Numbered from the whole stretch's first letter, positions 23,455 to 36,972 are shown. The stretch is 44,639 nt of DNA, filler included, from Catajapyx aquilonaris (GCA_000934665.2; 2 parts of 2 records of this genome joined end to end with filler, not necessarily neighbours in it), one strand, 5' to 3'. Numbers and translations: made by a program. The notes: a model not told the origin generated them from the sequence alone.

Positions 23455-26400
23455 GGATAGAGAAGAAAGGCGACGTGCTATGGAGACGGGCTGCCCACCA
23501 CCACCTCCACCCCATGGGATAGGAGGAGGAATGATGGGTGGAAATAGATCACTTCCTCCTCCAGTGCCCCACCATCAGCGGTCAGGATCAACCTCCTCTG
23601 CTAACGGGGATGTGTCGCGGTCAGAGGACAGCAGCCTCACCTTGCCCTTGGGTGGAGCTGCTGCTTCAGATGATGACCATCCAAGTTATGAGGAAGAGGA
23701 GGAGGATGGTGAAGGAAGAGAAGTTGTGGGGGCCACTCCACCTGGGTCCACTCCAGAGGATGAAGAAGAAGGGGCAGGTGGTGATGGGAGCAGCAGGAGG
23801 GTGGTGGTGACAAAGGTGGGCTTGAGGGGTCGGTTGGAAGAGGCAGAAAGGGGAAGGGTCCTGGCCCAGCAAGAAGTGGAAGAGACTCATGGACGCCTCT
23901 CTCTTGTTGAGAAGAAGTATCATAAGGCAAAGAGGATCATTCGTGAGTTCCAACAAAGGGAGAGGGACTTCCTGCAGAGGGAGGAGTTCCACCTACAGCA
24001 GCTTCAAGAGAAGGATGTCGAGTACAATGCACTGGTCAAAAGCCTGAAGGACCGGGTCAGTATATGCTTTTTCTCATGAAATTCTATGAAACTGCCTGGT
24101 TATTCATACAGTAACTTATCCAATGGTATAATGCTGGGTTGAGTGTAAGCCAGGTTAGTTTTTGTTTGCATCCTAAAAGTGAACGTATTGTTCTTCTAAC
24201 TTGCGTGTCCTAAAGTTAATTTTTTGAGCTGTGTACTGTAACTATTACTATTTGTCAAGTATATGTCAATCCAAGTTGAAAAAGTTGTCATCTCATCTTC
24301 AGGTCATCCAACTGGAGCAAGAGCTGGCTGAGACCCAAAAGAAAGCTGGACTTCCAGTGCATCTCCCCATGGACTCCTCTCCATCATCAACTTCACCTTG
24401 CCTTCCCAAACAGCACCCAACTCACTTATACCAAAGCCAACAGCCTCAGTACCAGCAGGTGCAGAGAAGGGGGCTACAGACTCCTCCTCCTCCACCAGTA
24501 CCCCCTCTCCTGCTGCTTTCCAGCAGGCTGGAAGCAGACCTGTCAGACACTGAGATATCAGATGCCAGTCCTGAGGAAGCCGAGAAGCAAGCCACTGTGG
24601 AAAGGAAGCTGCCTCCAGGGTCTGCCACTGGAGGTGGGGGAGGAAGTGGTGGGGGCCAGGTGAAGGAGGAGCTGGATGAAGCAGTGCCTCCACATGAACT
24701 TCTGGATGTATCTGCATGTAGAGCCAAAGCAGAGCTGGCAGGGAAAGGTGGGCTGGCAGGGAGACAGCTGCCCAATCTGAAGAAGAGTGGGAGTGGAGGA
24801 GGGGGAAAGGGGGGCCACAGCTCCGAAGGTAGCAGTTCAGATCGTGATGATGATGAAGGTCAGCCGAATACATGCCGATATATAATGCGTCAGAGATAGA
24901 GAGGAATGGTGATTCTCGAAGTGATGTTGGGAGGACAGGTTCAATGTTATGCTGATGCCTCATATGCTAACTAGGAATTTGATTGCTTTTATTTTTAAAA
25001 CTCCTCTTTAGGCATTTGGTTCAGGAAGGGCAAGTCTTTGTGAATGCTGCTTTACTTGCTGGTAAAAGTCCAGCTCTATTTAATGCTTCTAATGGGTTAC
25101 AGGAAAAGTTTCTCTACTGATTGTTACTTTATCTCAGCATTGAACTTTCAGACCCACAAATGAACAGTTAAAACTTAAGGTTGCAATTACCATTGTCATG
25201 TGAGCCATATTTACTCTCCAATCAGCATAAGTATTGAAGCTGTCTCAAGTTTCCACATACTGTACGTACACTATGGCCTCTAAAACATTCCTCTCGTTTG
25301 TTGCAGCATTCCCTCAAGAATGGACTGGGTGTCTATAAAGTACAAGGCAGTCTTGATCTCAAAATTCAATTGCTTTCATAACCAAAGAACATAGATGCTA
25401 GTAAAATGTAATCATAAAGAGAACCCTCCAGGTTTAATAACCTCACTGGAATGTGACAGAAGTTTAAAAACAAGGGAGGTGCCCAAGTGGACTAATTCCA
25501 TCACTCGCCAGACTTGTGTTCCCCCGACTGTAAATGTCTTCTGGTGATCAAGGTGTAGTTGGTCACCACATGAAGATCCCTGAAATGACAAGATCTGGTT
25601 GCAGCAGTGTGCAGACCAACAACACAAGTCTATTGGGTTCCTGGAATTGAGGGGAGGGTGTATGTGTTTCAGTGTAACTACTGTATTTGCAACAATATAT
25701 TAGAATAAACCTGGAGAGTTTTCTTCTTAGCAGTGATACTTGTGGCTTTGGTTATGGAGTTATTGTAGTCATGAGATTAATGGCGGGTTTCACCAAGTAG
25801 GTTATATTATATTATAAATCCGAGTTTCTTTTCGGAAAATACTTGCGTTTGATTGTTGACAACAACCAAAAGTAAGGATTTTCCGAAAAGAAACTCGGAT
25901 TTATAATATAACCAACTTCGTGAAACCAGCCATAAGAACGCATGTGGTAACCCCCAGTCACTTTTTCTTACATGCTTGTGTGGCCAAAAAAATAAGTTCC
26001 ATAACAAAAATTTGATGCTCTTGCAAAGTATCGTGAGAACCACCATTTTTCGTTCCTTGGCTTATTAGGTTTATTATGTAGTTCTATGTTAAAATACATA
26101 AAACCGTCACTCTGTAATAGTTTGACACGTTTTAAAGCACTTGTTAGTAGTTACTGGTGCATTCTGTTGCAAACAAAAAAGAGCTGGCGCTTCTTCTAGA
26201 CCAATAATTCCACAGCAAGGAAAAGACTCCATTTTTATGGCCTGGAGAAATTAATGTTGGTTTGCAAAATAACTGTAATTATTCTTACCAATTTCAGACA
26301 TTAAGGATGAATGGGATAATGATGTGACTAATCATCATTATTCCATAAATTCTTTAATTCTGAGTTTTTACAATGCAATCTACTTGGATCTTTATGAATC

Positions 26401-29400
26401 CTGAAATTTAAAAAAAAGAAATGTCAAGTTGATAATTTTGAAGGTTAAGAAGAGAAACAAAAGAGAGATTAACTATACTTGTAATGGGAAAGCTCAGTGC
26501 AAGTAATTATCTAACAACTAAGCATGCTGTACTGAAGAATTAATGGTGAAGTACTGGTGGTGCAAAAGCCATGGCAGCAAAAGAGTGAATCGAAGCGATG
26601 ATTGAGATGCGATGGTCTACATGATGTCACTGGCACTCTTTCTAAACCGGTTGGAGGGAGGGGAAAATAAATGGAATTACCTTTTTAAATTATTTAGAAC
26701 CAGTGACTCGGACAGATCATGTGGGTGACTATGAAAATATGTTCAAGATGAAGGAAGGAGTTCAGGGGTGTTCTTGAAGTGCCTATAAACATCACTTTAT
26801 TCCTAACTTAGCATATTATTGACAAATATTGCCTTACTAGTGCACCCGTAGCCAAAATTGGGAAAAACCTGCAATGAGGAAGACAATGGGAATGAAAAAA
26901 TTGAATGAGAGGGCTCGCGGAGTAACAACTAAGAAATAGTGTGTAGCTTGTCGTAAGACGGGGTTGAAAAATTTAGTGGCATTGAATCAATCAACATACT
27001 GTATACTTCTTGAATCGGAAATGAGAAACGTTTTCATAAAACCTCGCGATATACAACATTCTGTGTAAACACTCAGTTGTTGGAGAGCAATGTTCCGTGT
27101 TGAGCAGTAGGAGTAGTGAACACTTGACCTGACTTTGATTGCGAAACCGGGACAGTGCCACATACAGCTGGCCATGTGAGAAGACAGGTTCATCCAGGTA
27201 AATGCCCACGTGCTCAAAATTCTGGCCCTGCGACTAGTTGATCGTCGTGGCACAGGCTGGGATGACAAGAAACTGGCGGCGTTTGAGAACAAACGTCATA
27301 TTGATGTCACTGGGAGCTAAAGTAATTCGGGGCAAGAAAACGACATGACAGCGATTGCATTCCGACACTATTTCGGCAGCAATGAAATTAGCGTGGAGCC
27401 CAGTGATCAATAATCGACTGCCGTTGCCGAGTCCTTGTTTGGGATTTCTTAGCAACATCACCACGACTCCTTGTTTGAGAAACAACTTATGCGACGGCAT
27501 GCCTGAAGGAGTAAGCTCATGCAAAAACTCTGGGGCGGGGTGTGAGGATGTAAGGCATTGACCACTGACAGAAATGAAGCGACCCTACTCTCCACTGTGC
27601 AGTGAGCCACTGACCCACCCACCAAGCAACCCCCCCCCCCCCNTTGGGTGGAATTTTCGTCTCACTGCTCACGTCTCATTCATCAGTTCAATTCGCTCTT
27701 TTTCTGCCACAGCTTTTGCACCACCAGTACTTCATCATCAATGTCTGGCACTGTACCATATGCTTTAGGTCACCTGTCTGTGCCATGACACTAGTTTGGA
27801 CATCATACTATGGGTTTGGCAAATAGGCAGTACATGATGCCTTAACTTGCAGGCTTCAACCAATGGTCATGCAGAACACCATCTGAAGATGAGTGCCTAC
27901 ATGTAGGTGGCAGAAGGGGATCAGAAGGGTCTGCCACACTAGAGGATCCTCCATCCTCCTTGAGGAACACTGCCTCAGGATTGGTAATGCCTACCAACAA
28001 CCATCACCATCACCACCCACACCATACATCCCAGCAGCAACAGGTACACCCACAACATCCTCACCAGCGTGGCAATGTCCAGCAAGGTGTAGGAATGGGA
28101 GGAGTGAGTCGCACCCCGTCTCTTCCCCATCCCCATCCACCCTTGCAGCATCCCTACTCTCTCCCACATGTTCACCCGCAACACCCACACCCACAACCAC
28201 AACCTCGTGCACCATACCTCTCAAGCTTTGCGGACCCACGGATCCCAACTACAGGTGCTACTAGAAGCGCAGCACCAGTTGTGGTAGCAGCAAGACAGCG
28301 ACTCCCCCCAGCACAACAGTCTTTAGCAGAGCAGCTCAAGAGCGTTTTGGCTGAAAGAGAGAAGCAGGGAGGAAACAACCCCAACAGTCTTGGAGTTCCA
28401 ACAACTAGAGGTGGACATGGCTCCTCCCCTGTTAAAGGAGATGCATCTGGTGGCACAAGTCCATCTGCTTCTCTCTCTGGTTGCTCCTCCCCAGGGGTTG
28501 GAGGATCACTGGAAGTGTTGGGAGGTGGAGTAGGGACGGTTGTGCCCTCAGACAGAGGGGTGGTACCGCCTGAGTTCTCCTGTTCATCGTCAGCATCGTC
28601 AAGTGCAAGAGGGAGCAGGGAGGAATTGGCAGGGGGAGGAGGGAGTGGAACAGCAGCCTCTTCCCCAGGTGGAAACAACCCTGGTTTTCCCCCAGGTGGT
28701 GGGAATGGAGGTGGAGAGAGGAAGAGTCACCTATGGCAGAGCAGGCCTGTTCATGAGTGGCCCCGAGAGCAGGTCAGTGGCTGACTGCAGATGATTTATT
28801 TTTAACTTTGTGATTTTATTTTTTCATGCATAGTTGTAGATGTGTATATGGGTGATTCTCCAAAACCTTACCAATACCATGCCCCGGCATAATAACTCAA
28901 AAATGGCTTGACTGAGAGAGTTGATATTTTAAACATTTGTAGAAGCAGTTGACACCTAGCCATCCCCATGAAAACAAAGAAAAATATTAAATTAAGTTTT
29001 ACTGCAAAAAATGTCTAAGGGCCTAAAATCACTATTCTTGGCATGTCCCGATCTCATTTTAAAGCATGCTATATTTTCTTACAATTTTATCATTAGCATT
29101 AGACAAGTTTCAATACTATAATTAAATTGTACGTAGTTGAAGGTATAAAACAACATTTTTAAAACGATTTATTCATTTGACATGACCTTGCTGCATCACT
29201 CCAAAGTGTGTCCCGAGTTTTCATGTTACTCTCCTGGATCAGGATATTATTTTAAAATTTGCAGTGAAACAAAGGGATTTTTTACTCAGTTATTTGGCAA
29301 CACTGCTTCTCCATGACACCTTGATTTAACTACAGATTGATGTGCAAGGGGTACGTCTTCTAGTGGGTTAAAAAAATTAAGGCATTTTAAATTCAGTTAT

Positions 29401-32168
29401 GTGGCACATTTTGCATTCACACTCCTGGCTCATTTTTCTATGTCACAAAATAGCTTAAATGTTTTGAAATAACTGATTCCATGGCATGAAGGGATATCAT
29501 GAACCCACAGAAATTTTCAGAGTCAACGTTTGTTCTGGACCATGCTATTAATCCTAATGCATTCAAAGGCCATTCTTCTGGCTCCCAAACTCCCGGAAAT
29601 AATAAGTTCACACTCCTGGCTCATTTTTCTATATCACAAAATAGCTTAAATGTTTTGAAATAACTGTGATTCCATGGCATGAAGGGATGTCATGAACCCA
29701 CAGAAATTTTCAGAGTCAACGTTTGTTCTGGACCGTGATATTAATCCTATTGCATGCATAGGTCATTCTTCTGGCTCCCGAACTCCTGGAAATAATATTC
29801 ACTCTCCTGGCATTTTCTGTGCCAGGAGTTAGAGCGACTCGAGGGAGAGAGTCGTCAATGTCTGATGTCACTGTCGACTCCGATTGGCTACTCCTAGGCG
29901 TGTATCTGCTGAAGGATAGGCATGTATCCTACTTGCACAATGTGGCAACACTGCAAATGGAACATTACACTGTTGCGCGCAGTTAAAATTTTAACACAAA
30001 TTATCGTTCTTGAACAAGATGCGACTCGAAATTGTCCTTCATCAACTAGTGTCTGAAAAATTAATATTAAAATTCCGGCAGCTTTTTAGTGCCTACTGGG
30101 GTCATTTCAAGTGCAACAATATTCCAAATTCTCGACTTTTGAGCCCAGGTTTTCACTATTTTGGGGACAGATATTTAAAAACTGAGTTTCACTTTTTGAT
30201 ATAATAATATGAGGAACAACTTCCAATAAAAATAATTTCAGTTAACTGCAAAATCAATCCCGGAAGGTTTCACCCATTTGAGAATATGAGAGTTAGTTCC
30301 CCATATTTTTCCCTGCTTTGTGACCTCATATAGAGTAAGTGAGAATTTTCAAGATTTTTAAAACAAGTTTTGAAATTCATTAATTTTTGCTTTGAAAATG
30401 GTAAGTTTTTGGAGAATCACCCATATACTACTGTGAATTACAATGCTGGTTTGAAGTGGCTTATCAAGAGCAGTTTACTAGGTTATTGAGGTGATTTGGT
30501 TATTTAGATTGGCAAGGTATTAAAAGAAGGGGAGATCGAAAGTTGTGTACACAACTCATGGTAACCTAATGTTATTCAAGTGAGATAGGTTTCTGGACAT
30601 GGTGTGCAGATTGCATTGAAGAGATGCTAGGAAGTAAGAGGAAATCTGTATAATGCCAATTTTGCTTTTGACACTTAAGATTTTTTGTGTGCAAAAGATA
30701 CTATCAATAACAGTCATAGGAAATGTAAGTGAAATTGTTTGAGATAACATTGTGTTGATAGTACATAATAGTGTCTAACAGAAGAATGAAAGCTTGAATA
30801 ATAATGAAAGAGGTTGCAAAATCTTAGATATATCATTTGCGACTTTGTAATGTATAGTTTCATATTTTAAATGCTACTAAAATAAAACTGTTATATGTAA
30901 TGAAACTGATCGTTGCACATAGAGTACTAGTTGCACAAGGTGATATCCCTTCAATAAGGTATTACAATGGGAGCACCCTTTGTGTGTATTACTGGGGATC
31001 CGAGTGTGAAATTTTATGATGAGAACTCTTCGTTAATCTGACAAAAGGACGAATTCAACATTTCCTGATTTTACAGGAGAGCCAAAAGAAAAACCTGCAA
31101 ACTGCTACACAAATACATAGGATGGCCTTTTTATTTTCTGTTATAACTCTGACGCCACTTGTCCCATGGGTTCGCTGTTTTGTCAGAATGTGACCCAACA
31201 CTGTCTTGATGGTGCTGGTAGAGACCATAATCTGATTTTAGCAAAAATGTCAAATTCGTCCTTTTGTCAGATTAATAACGAACTACTGTATTATAAGTTT
31301 TCCATGAATTTATATTTACACTTAAGGGAGGTGAAGTGGTGCTGCAGTAACAAATGCGCCCACAGATGTTAAGGTCCCGGCGACACCCCCTTCATCTCGT
31401 GCAGAGTTCAAGGTCGCCTCTGGCTTCATCTCGGGTGGTATTTCCAATAGACTAAACCACCTGGGGGAGTTCACTAAAAATGGCCGCATTAGGACATTCC
31501 ACTGCACCTTGCACATCCCCTCCTGTCATCCTGCCTGTGGGCCCGGACATTTCAAGTGAATAGGCTCCAAATGTACCATCATCAAATAAAAGTCTGTGCG
31601 ATATGCCCCCAGGTGGGGGCGAAAGCACATTACCCCAGCAGCATTATATTTACACTTGCCATTGCCATCAGAAGTGCTTGATTAAAAAATTTTATATATT
31701 GAAATTTATTTACTATTCTGACATGCTTGGGTCTATGCTCAGGGGAATCAAGCCCAGAGTTGTCATGATGTAGCTTTTATTGTTATTTCCTCACCTCTCA
31801 GGGAATTTACGTAGTGTGTTACCTAAACTGTACCTGTACAGCATTTCTGTGGAATTAGAGTGTTCATGCAATGATCTGTTATGCATTTGTAGGTGTGGCA
31901 GTGGCTGGTGCAGGTAGGCCTGGAGAGTGTTGCGGGTGCCCTGTTGGCTGGAGGAGTTGGTGGGGCTGACCTGCTCCGCCTGGACTGGAAGGAGCTGAAG
32001 GCTATGGGGGTGAGCGCAGAAGATAAGACCCGACTCAAGAAGCGCCTCAAGGAACTGCGTTTGCAGGCAGAGAGAGAGAGAAAGCAGAGGGAAAGAGAGA
32101 GAAGGGACAGGGAGAGGATACAGAAGAAGGCTGAGAAGCTTGCAGAAAAGGCCTCCAAGAGGAAGTAG
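23455..32168 (+). CDS. Spn: Neurabin/spinophilin (PPP1R9 family), 5'-partial: coiled coil, low-complexity linker, SAM domain
   Basis: Exons 23455-24055, 24303-24858, 27853-28772, 31893-32168; GT-AG and in phase. Motifs LVEKKYHKAKRIIREFQQRE, YNALVKSLKDRVIQLEQEL, ELDEAVPPHELLDVSACRAKAELA.KGGLAGRQLP, QSLAEQLKSVLAERE, SAM domain (VHEWPREQVWQWL...LLRLDWKELKAMGV) and a charged tail. PDZ, PP1-binding and actin-binding exons are not seen in the window. Confidence 0.9.
25781..25932. mobile_element. Short fold-back MITE, PIF/Harbinger-like
   Basis: ~60-bp imperfect arms (TGGCGGGTTTCACCAAG...CGGAAAATACTT / AAGGATTTTCCG...GTGAAACCAGCCA); TAA on both flanks. Confidence 0.75.
26837..27545 (-). mobile_element. 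Helitron 3' fragment with frameshifted PIF1-like helicase C-terminus
   Basis: Segments LTPSGMPSHKLFLKQGVVVMLLRN..GLGNGSRL, VFLPRITLAPSD..FVLKRRQF..ATTIN and GIYLDEPVFSHGQLYVALSR across frames. The minus-strand end reads CCC...ACGGG-TGCA-CTAG|T at 26840-26836. Confidence 0.88.
28850..30422. mobile_element. 1.57-kb non-autonomous TIR DNA transposon
   Basis: TIRs GGGTGATTCTCCAAAACCTTACCA / TGGTAAGTTTTTGGAGAATCACCC; flanks TATAT...ATATA (AT or TA TSD); no ORF. Confidence 0.82.
29416..29811. repeat. ~191-bp tandem duplication inside the TIR element
   Basis: TTCACACTCCTGGCTCATTTTTCTA... starts at 29416 and 29607, with a short third start at 29798. Confidence 0.88.
31029..31282. mobile_element. 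MITE-like inverted-repeat element
   Basis: TTAATCTGACAAAAGGACGAATT(CA)ACATTT (~31033-31063) pairs with AAATGTCAAATTCGTCCTTTTGTCAGATTAA (~31246-31275); TSD unclear. Confidence 0.65.
31324..31643 (+). mobile_element. tRNA-derived SINE, diverged copy 2
   Basis: Colinear with 3786-4110; B-box segment absent; 14-bp TSD TTATATTTACACTT at 31310-31323 and 31644-31657. Confidence 0.85.
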
Positions 32169-34902
32169 TAATTAAACAGGATGGATTGACTCCCCTCTTT
32201 CCTATGTAATATCTCGAGTCCCCTTTGCACTCCCATGACCATGTGCCATTCGGACCCATCCATAGTCCGGAATTGCAGACGTAAAAGAAATAATAACTTT
32301 CTCCATTATGGAAATTCTCTGCCCACCAGCCATGATAGAAAATGGCAGCAGCCGCCACACTTAATTCCTACTCTGAACAGAAGAGCAAAAGGGTGCCTGT
32401 TCAGACAGTGCACACTGCTGCTTCATGGATGATCATATAATGACTGCTCCTTATCCAGTGAAAGAACTAGTTTTGTGATACAGCAAAAATGGGAGGATCG
32501 TCCTTCTGAGAACTAACTCAGGGTCGGTGACATAGCTGAAGTAAAATAAATCAGCTCGTCTTTATTTGATTGTGCAGTAGGTTTATTTGGTACAGTTCAA
32601 AACATTCTGCCAGAAAAAGTGTGGGTGTGCATACATGTGTGTGTGTGGGTTTTTAAAAATGTTCCATGCAGCTTGTTCATAACTGGACAAAGTAAGTTAC
32701 AGCACAATTAAATTGTGAAGGACAGTTTTCCTTTACCTCCGCCTCATCACACACCTTCCTCAAATCCTGAGAAGCCGAAATTTCCTCCTCTTGCTGTGAT
32801 ACAAAACAGATCCTGCCAGATTTGGAATGGCCAAAAGTAAAAGATTATCTATGGGGCATGGTGAACACATTTAGGACTGTATCATCTTTTCAGTTATCAG
32901 GCAGTCTGCTCAAATTGTCAGTAGTTGAAAATGAAGAATATAGAAGCAGTATATACAGTAAATTTGACAGTATATAAGAAATCATGACTATTTGATAGGT
33001 AATGTGTGTTAAAATCATGGCAAAATGCAAAGCTAGAGTTAGACTGTTTTCCATGACAAAAACTGTACAAGTTGAATTATTCTGCACTCAGTTCATGTGC
33101 TGATTGTACTAGAGGCACCCTAGACCAATCTGGTTGAACTGCACATGTAATTTTTTTGCTCTCTGCACTTTGCAGCATGTTTGCCCACTCCAGGGACTGA
33201 AACTGGCATTGTATTATTCTTACTATTATTTACTAATAATTGTGCTAGTGCTAGCCCCTTTTTATATACATAAACTGTTTTTAATCATTATTTAAAGCTG
33301 GTTGTGAGTACATCACCTTATTTATTTATTCTTTTGGACTTTGCTGTACAAGAATGTGGCAGTCATGCATTTGGTGGGTGGAGAGAGCCGCCAGGTATTA
33401 TTAGTTAGATTGTGTCGCACACAATGTTAGCTGTTATCATGCACACACACACACACCCACTCACTCACCCACTTATGTGGCATGCTGTGGAATGAAGTGT
33501 TGCACCCCCCAGATGGAGCTCACTCTCTCACATGCACTGGTGTTTAGTTGTTAACATTCCCATGCAGGTGGGCAGAGGATTTCCAAACAATTATGTATTA
33601 AGCCAACTTTGAAGATAAAGGACCTTGTTTCTTCCCTGACCCTGTTTTTTAAGCTCACTCCCTCATAATATGTGTCCTATTGACCCAGTTACTGATTGGT
33701 CTTTGTACATAATTTTTTTAAGGATTGAGTCCCTATGCCCTGTTATTTTATTTGTCTGTTTCCCATTTTTAAAATGTATGGTACGCTCACTCTCTTGGCA
33801 GCTAGACGCAAGTGAAACACACATCACGCATCCACAGTTCCACACACGTGTCCTACACACACATTGTTGTAGTTCGTTTCAATATGAAAAGGAGGTTCAG
33901 CAGTCGTATTTGAAATAGTATTTGCAATTAGCAGCTGTAGGACGTTGCAGTAAACAAACCGGCTTTGCCTGCACCCCTATTAACAGTATTGTAATTCCAG
34001 CTCAATGTCCTCAAAGAACCGTTCAAAGCCAGAGATGAACCGTATTTTTATACGATGCTAAATTTGGGCCATTTTCTCGGTAGACTGCATGTCTTAGGGC
34101 TTTTTGAATGGTGGTATAGCAACCATAGTGATGTCAGTCATATGAGTTGACATGGAAACGAACTGCCTCCCTCCCTCCCTCACTCTCTCCCTCTCTTTAT
34201 CTCCCCCCAATCAATTTTATTAATTGGTTTCCCATTGTGGGGTATGCTGCACCAATGGTGCACATACGGCAATGGATGTACCGGTACTGCATTTAGAGCT
34301 TCCCCTTCTCAAATCATTGAGAAACGAATATTCATTTCGGGACGTCATGAAAAAATCTCGCGCGAGACTCGTTTAATTTTGTACCTCGCTCGCTTCCTTC
34401 CTGTGCCACACGTAGGTTAGAGGTGTAAAGCATCACGAACACATGTTCGAGGCTTCACCAGCAATAAAGATGCGACCAAATTGTACACTTGAGTTAGGTT
34501 TGTGTGCTACCCATCTCTCATGATGTGATTGCACATGTCTCATGTGGCATGTGTGCAGTTATTACCAAGTGGTCATCTATTTTATAAACAAAAAGTATTT
34601 CGGGGTGCGAGAGAAAAAAGACTTGGTAACCCCCTTTTGACCCCATGTGACTCCCAAAACCCTTCTTTTAACCCCGGTGGTATCTCGATGCGTGTACTTG
34701 GAATGGAGGAGATGATGATGTGTTGTGCGTAACATAAATATTACATATATATAATTTCGTGTGTGCATTTTGATAGGTAAATAATTGTACCAATGTGATT
34801 TCGATCAAATAAATTGTGTCTCAATGTGTCTCGCAGACAAGATTATTTGCAGTTGCCCAGTCACTAACACCTTTTGATATACTCCTCATTTGCTTACAAC
34901 TA

Positions 34903-35482
34903 CAGTAAAACTTCTATAAGTCAAATCTCCATGGGACCGGAAAAAAACTTTGAGTTGTAGAAGATTCGAGTTAGAGAAGTTTAGATTTTTTAAAGCACAT
35001 AACTCATAGGGAAGCCTAACCTTTATATCCAGCGACGAAAGGTGTTCAAAACTTAAAAATAACTGTCACTGTCACAATTAGTACAATGTTCCTTGTTGTT
35101 TTGTTGTAAAAAAATCTCGGTTACGGGACATTTTTGCCTACTCTTAGATTCAAGGATTCAATTGTCACAATCGAGTCAAGCACTTCTTTCGGTACGTCAG
35201 GTAAACGGACATCAGGAAATTGAGCCTTTCTGTACATGTGGCTGTGTGGCCTTCGGCTGGGAAATGGGAAAATTTTCTGTACTTGCCAGCATGAACTACT
35301 AAGACTTAGGGAGACTGGAAATGCATTAATATCCCATCGTAAGGCACTTCGAGTTATGGAGAACTTCGAGTTAGGGAAGTTTATTTCATATTATTTTACA
35401 TTGTGACCAACCAAGCTCCTCATTTTCTTCTACTTATAGAGAACTTTGACTAAGGGAAGTTCGACTTATGGAAGTTTTACTG
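34903..35482. mobile_element. Tc1/mariner (pogo/Tigger-like) MITE, copy 2
   Basis: TA TSD, CAGTAAAACTTC TIRs, colinear with 20303-20898. Confidence 0.88.
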
Positions 35483-35869
35483 TAGTAGTCCACTAGGGCT
35501 TGGGAACCTTAATGGTTGGAAAGTCCAATAAACACCTGAAATGTAGTAGTCCACTTAATTAACTGTCAGGTGCTTTTATTGGCCACATCATTGTTGAGTA
35601 AGATTTGTAGTTCTTTCACTTCCATACTGTCCAGTTGTTATTGGCATTGTACTGTACAAGGGTGAATGTAATAAAACCCAACCAGTTAACTGTATGCGGA
35701 CATTGTTATGAATAGGTTCATGAACAAATCTGCCTAAAATCTGGACATGTCTCTTATACACTTCAGAAAATTTGACAGAAACACCAACCCTGCTCTACCC
35801 ACTAATTTTGGGCCCAACCACCATTAGAACAGGTGACAGCAGCACAGACGGCAGGAATCAAGATATGGG

Positions 35870-36075
35870 GTAGAGGGTGGTTGCAAGGTTTGGATGGGGA
35901 ATATCCCACTCACCCTACAGTCCTCATATGCCACTATGCAATTTCAAGGTGTTCTGGGAAAGAAGGCTAATGCCAGTGAGGCAGAGGTGGAGAGTGCTGT
36001 TACCATCATTTACTATACTATACTACACTATATTCTTCACGGCGTTGGTCCCATTAAGAGGTGGCCAGTGATGAC
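35870..36075 (+). mobile_element. Decayed mariner transposase C-terminal fragment
   Basis: RFGWGISHSPYSPHMPLCNFKVF resembles the mariner motif FGWE.LPHPPYSPDLAP.DF.LF; HGVGPIKRW in another frame resembles GI..L..RW. Confidence 0.62.
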
Positions 36076-36972
36076 CAAACACATGCATCTGGCCATCTCG
36101 TTTGACGGATACAATGAACCCTCTGGTGACATCATTTACTGCAGTGCTTTTTTTGCCAGGTGTATCATTGGACAGTTGCTCCAGCAATGAGACAGAATGT
36201 CTAAATGTTCCCTTGAATATACAATGTCATTTCCTGGTGTTTATTTTACCATCACCCTGATACATTATTACTGCACTTCAAAAGTGACATGTGGCACATA
36301 CAGTACACACATACAGTAATCTGGACTATAAGTAGGTACAATATACTTGCCCAACCTCAGTGTAGTTCGCCCACCCCCAAAAAGTGGGAGTGGTGGGGGT
36401 AATGAACAAAATGTGATACAATATCTCCATTAAGATAATCTGGACATTAGAATGGATAATTATGAATTGTAACATTGGAGTTAGGAGGACACGAAAGTTT
36501 AAGTTGATTTGACAGTTAGCAACTGAAATAAATATGATTACACCTTGGACAGTGTTTCCGTGGGATCTGGTAAATATTGATGTCACTACGTTTGTATGTT
36601 TACTTAGTAGGATATTAATTTCAAAAATGAACCTGAGGGGCCACACAAATCCGAAGACAGCATTAAAATTAATTACAAAAAATCAAACACGGAATTTTAA
36701 AATGTTTATCACGGCTTGCAGATGCTGATATAATCGTCTGATATAATTGACAACATGCGTCAAAAAGTTTTGATTCATTTGTGCCTGTATCTTTTGTACC
36801 ATTAATTCCACTTTTTCTCAATTTGTCTGAAATGTCACTTACAACATTATTCGGGGCAGCCCTTCATTTAGTGCTCATGATTCCCCTTTTATCTCCAAAG
36901 AAGTCTGGGTAATTTAAGGTGAAAATATCGCCATGGATTGTAACAGTAGGATCACATTGAAACATTCAGGTA

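Noticed and set aside
22251..23455. SPG11-neurabin fusion gene
   Set aside because: Separated by an artificial spacer, and the splice phases are incompatible (phase 1 donor, phase 2 acceptor).
23637..24963. Long antisense ORFs over neurabin exons
   Set aside because: Shadow frames of GC-rich, low-complexity coding sequence.
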